From positions 64,001 through 128,000 of the forward strand of contig JBPOFY010000006.1 of the NCBI GenBank assembly GCA_051252375.1: a stretch of 64,000 nucleotides of DNA. Reading direction: 5' to 3'. The DNA is from Opitutaceae bacterium (GTDB lineage: Bacteria > Verrucomicrobiota > Verrucomicrobiia > Opitutales > Coraliomargaritaceae). The position numbers were made by a program, and so were the translations under genes. The notes under the pieces are model-generated. The model saw nothing but the letters and a program-made list of their open reading frames with translations. It had not been told where the DNA came from and made no database searches. Shown here in pieces: positions 61,319 through 64,000 of this stretch. The first letter of the stretch is position 1. Each line of letters begins with the position of its first letter.

Positions 61319-64000
61319 ATGACGACTACGAAAAACAGATTAGAAGGCTTGGAGGGGTTTGAAAACCTCGATGTTGGTGAACTGTATTATATCGGTAACC
61401 GTCAGTTCGTGGAGCGTGGTTTGGCCTATTATCGAAACTTCGCGGTCGAAGGGTTTGAATGGGATAATAAGGAGAAGCGTCTTTCCGCTATTGTTCAAGG
61501 GAATCGCCGTGAACCTTATGATGTCAAATTGCAGGTGCGTGCGGGCGAGATGGAGTTTCAATGCGATTGTCCATCTTGGAGCACCTATGGTGGTTGTAAG
61601 CACGTGATTGCTGCCACGGCGGCGATGTTTTTGGCGGTTCAAGGCAAGAGTGTGGGTGGTTTTGAAATGCCGCCCGACTACGCGCAGGATTTGCGTAAGC
61701 AATTGGGCTATCGCGATGTTGGTGGCAGCACGCTGGCTGAGGATGGTAGCGAAGAGATAGTTGAGACGGAGCTTTGGCTGATGGAAGTGCGCGGCTTCGG
61801 TAATTTAGATTTTCAGATTCGAGGAGAGGTGCCGCAGGAGTTACTGCATTCGGTAGGGGTGACTTTACCCAGTAGTTATGGGTTTTCGGTGGCTAGAGAG
61901 TTTTCCTTGGGATCGGTGGCGAAAAATCTACCCAAACTGCTGAGCCAAGCGAAAGCGGCGAAGATTCCGGTGACTATTGGTGTCAATGGTGACCCGAAGA
62001 CTATGCAAATGCGGCGTAAGGCCTGTCACATGCGAGTTGTTTACGATTACTCAGACGATCAAGTGAATCGCGCCCTGCATTTTTCGAATGATGCTGGCAA
62101 GCCGTTGGAAGCCTATAGTCTAATTCCGGAAAGTCCTTTTGTTATTTTGACGAATGGCGATTTACACCGGGTGAAAGGTTTAGAGGACGGCGTTACAGAA
62201 GATGGTGGGCGACTTCTGTTTTCAACCGATGGTGAAAGCTTTAACGATACTGCCTATCACCGTCATTATGGACCGATGAAGGCCAAGGCGGCGGATTATG
62301 CTTTTCGTGTCGATGGTGAAGCGATTGAGCCGGAAGTAATTGAGGGCAAAGCGGTGCGAATCGAAATGGATTTACATGCGGTTGAAAATGCAGCCGGAGA
62401 GCGTGAGTCGTTGGAGTTCGAGTTGTATGCTAGTATCGGCGAGTTGAAGCTGGATTTGCAGGCCTACCAGGAGTCATTGATTGAGTCAGTCCTGTCGGGG
62501 TCTTATGGTGCTTTACTATCTGCGAAACGTCGTGTGCGTGCCTTGAGTGATTTGTTGCGTCGGGTGCTTTCGGCGAATGAGCAATCAGTTGCGATTGATT
62601 TGCATGAGCTCGCGGCAGATTTCCCAGAACTGCTTTCTGAAGAGTTTGGTAGCGTGGTGCGCCATATCGTGGATAAAGTCGTGAACTTTATCGGCGCAAG
62701 TCGTGTCGATGAGCCACGTCTGGTTTTGGATGAAGCACAAGCGCGTTGGTTGGCTAGTCCGTTGCACTTGGGCAAAGTGTCCATGCTCCTATTTAGTATG
62801 TATGATGCGGTTTCTCGCGACGATTTGAAAGGGTTGTCTGAGGGACGCTTGATGCTTTCACGCCATGATAATGATGATGGTGTGCTGCAGCGCCTGGTCT
62901 CGGTTTGCGCGGCGCTGGGTGTGCGTGTCCGATTCAATGATCAAGCCATTCGCACGGCACCACTTTCGATCAGTTTGCAAGGTCGCCATGGCGGCGCGGG
63001 TAATGACATCGATTGGTTTGAGTTACATCCTTCGATCACTTGCGGTGACCGGAGTATCAGCCAGTCGGAATGGAAACGTTTAATCCGTGGACAACTTTTC
63101 CTCGAAGCCGAAGACGGTAGTTTGATTATGCCTGAGGTTGGGGAGGGCGAGGCGGATGGTCTGCAAATGATTGCCGAAATCCTGCAACGAGGTCGCCCGA
63201 GCCACGGTGAGACTGGGTTAGGCTCACAAGGTGGTTTGCAGATTTCACGCTTGGAAATGCTTGATTGGATCGCACTGCGCCGACGTGGCGTGCAGGTGGA
63301 TTTGCCGGAATCAGTGGAAAGTGTTTTTCAGAGTTTAACACAGTTCGAACAACTTGCGGAATTTGTGCCGCCGAAAAAACTGCAGGCGCAGTTGCGCCCA
63401 TATCAACGTGATGGCTGTGCGTGGATTGACTTCATGTATACGCACCGCTTTGGCGCATGTTTGGCGGATGACATGGGGCTCGGTAAGACGGTGCAAACGA
63501 TTGCCTTCCTAGCGCATCGATTTGAACTGGCTACGGAAGAAGATCCGCTCGCGTCTGTCCTGATCGTGGTGCCGCCGAGTTTGGTTTTCAATTGGTTGGA
63601 CGAGTTTGCCCGGTTCGCGCCGCACATTCGTGTGACTGATTGCCTCAGCCCGTCGAAGTGGGAGCACTCGCTTCAAAACGCTCAAGTGGTTCTCACAACT
63701 TATGATCGCGTGCGCATTGAAGCCAAAACGATGTCAGAACATCAATTTGACATTCTAGTTTTTGATGAGGCACACAACTTGAAGAATGTTTCGACCGCAC
63801 GGACGAAAGCCGCTGCGCGTTTGAACCGTCGTTTCACACTTTGCTTAACTGGAACACCGGTTGAAAATAACGTCTCTGAATTCTTCTCAGTTCTCACAGC
63901 AACGGTCCCCGGAATTTTCGGGCATTTGAAAGATTTCAAGGAGCGCTATCGCAAGGAACCTCAAAAAACATTGCGCCGTGCAGCGCCTTTCGTGCTCCGA
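61319..64000 (+). CDS. SWIM-finger SNF2 helicase (runs off the window end)
   Basis: CDCPSWSTYGGCKH, LRPYQ, LADDMGLGKT, FDEAHNLKN, LTGTP; motifs share a frame with ATG 61319. Confidence 0.9.
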   Translation, partial: MTTTKNRLEGLEGFENLDVGELYYIGNRQFVERGLAYYRNFAVEGFEWDNKEKRLSAIVQGNRREPYDVKLQVRAGEMEFQCDCPSWSTYGGCKHVIAATAAMFLAVQGKSVGGFEMPPDYAQDLRKQLGYRDVGGSTLAEDGSEEIVETELWLMEVRGFGNLDFQIRGEVPQELLHSVGVTLPSSYGFSVAREFSLGSVAKNLPKLLSQAKAAKIPVTIGVNGDPKTMQMRRKACHMRVVYDYSDDQVNRALHFSNDAGKPLEAYSLIPESPFVILTNGDLHRVKGLEDGVTEDGGRLLFSTDGESFNDTAYHRHYGPMKAKAADYAFRVDGEAIEPEVIEGKAVRIEMDLHAVENAAGERESLEFELYASIGELKLDLQAYQESLIESVLSGSYGALLSAKRRVRALSDLLRRVLSANEQSVAIDLHELAADFPELLSEEFGSVVRHIVDKVVNFIGASRVDEPRLVLDEAQARWLASPLHLGKVSMLLFSMYDAVSRDDLKGLSEGRLMLSRHDNDDGVLQRLVSVCAALGVRVRFNDQAIRTAPLSISLQGRHGGAGNDIDWFELHPSITCGDRSISQSEWKRLIRGQLFLEAEDGSLIMPEVGEGEADGLQMIAEILQRGRPSHGETGLGSQGGLQISRLEMLDWIALRRRGVQVDLPESVESVFQSLTQFEQLAEFVPPKKLQAQLRPYQRDGCAWIDFMYTHRFGACLADDMGLGKTVQTIAFLAHRFELATEEDPLASVLIVVPPSLVFNWLDEFARFAPHIRVTDCLSPSKWEHSLQNAQVVLTTYDRVRIEAKTMSEHQFDILVFDEAHNLKNVSTARTKAAARLNRRFTLCLTGTPVENNVSEFFSVLTATVPGIFGHLKDFKERYRKEPQKTLRRAAPFVLR

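Overview
Bacterial chromosomal window, probably a marine Verrucomicrobiota/Opitutae genome (inferred from gene content, C-terminal 'W...FFR' tails on secreted proteins, and repeat families; not verified). Four zones are visible. (1) 1-7.5 kb: housekeeping genes (cls, EEP hydrolase, rlmH, DUF1456, DjlA-like) among GTAG-type REP doublets and heptamer repeats. (2) About 7.9-20.5 kb: a defence hotspot with HigBA, a rhomboid/TM-protein/membrane-anchored Mrr nuclease trio, a GHKL-ATPase plus double-PRTase-like pair, an MqsRA-like toxin-antitoxin-SecB (TAC) module, MazG-like plus DUF2075 helicase, and a GIY-YIG gene. (3) 20789-43315: a 22.5-kb element integrated in the tmRNA 3' end (26-bp direct repeat, tyrosine integrase). 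It has a satellite/prophage-like replication module, only decayed virion remnants, and more defence cargo (XRE-IrrE/PIN, Mrr, RM cluster, HEPN). (4) 43.8-64 kb: GMC oxidoreductase, ECF sigma/anti-sigma, an MsbA/LPS-glycan cluster and a partial SNF2 helicase. Most notable are unannotated basic microproteins divergent from toxin-like genes, cargo cassettes bracketed by duplicated gene fragments, and a highly structured non-coding region. Family assignments come from motif recognition by eye, not database searches.
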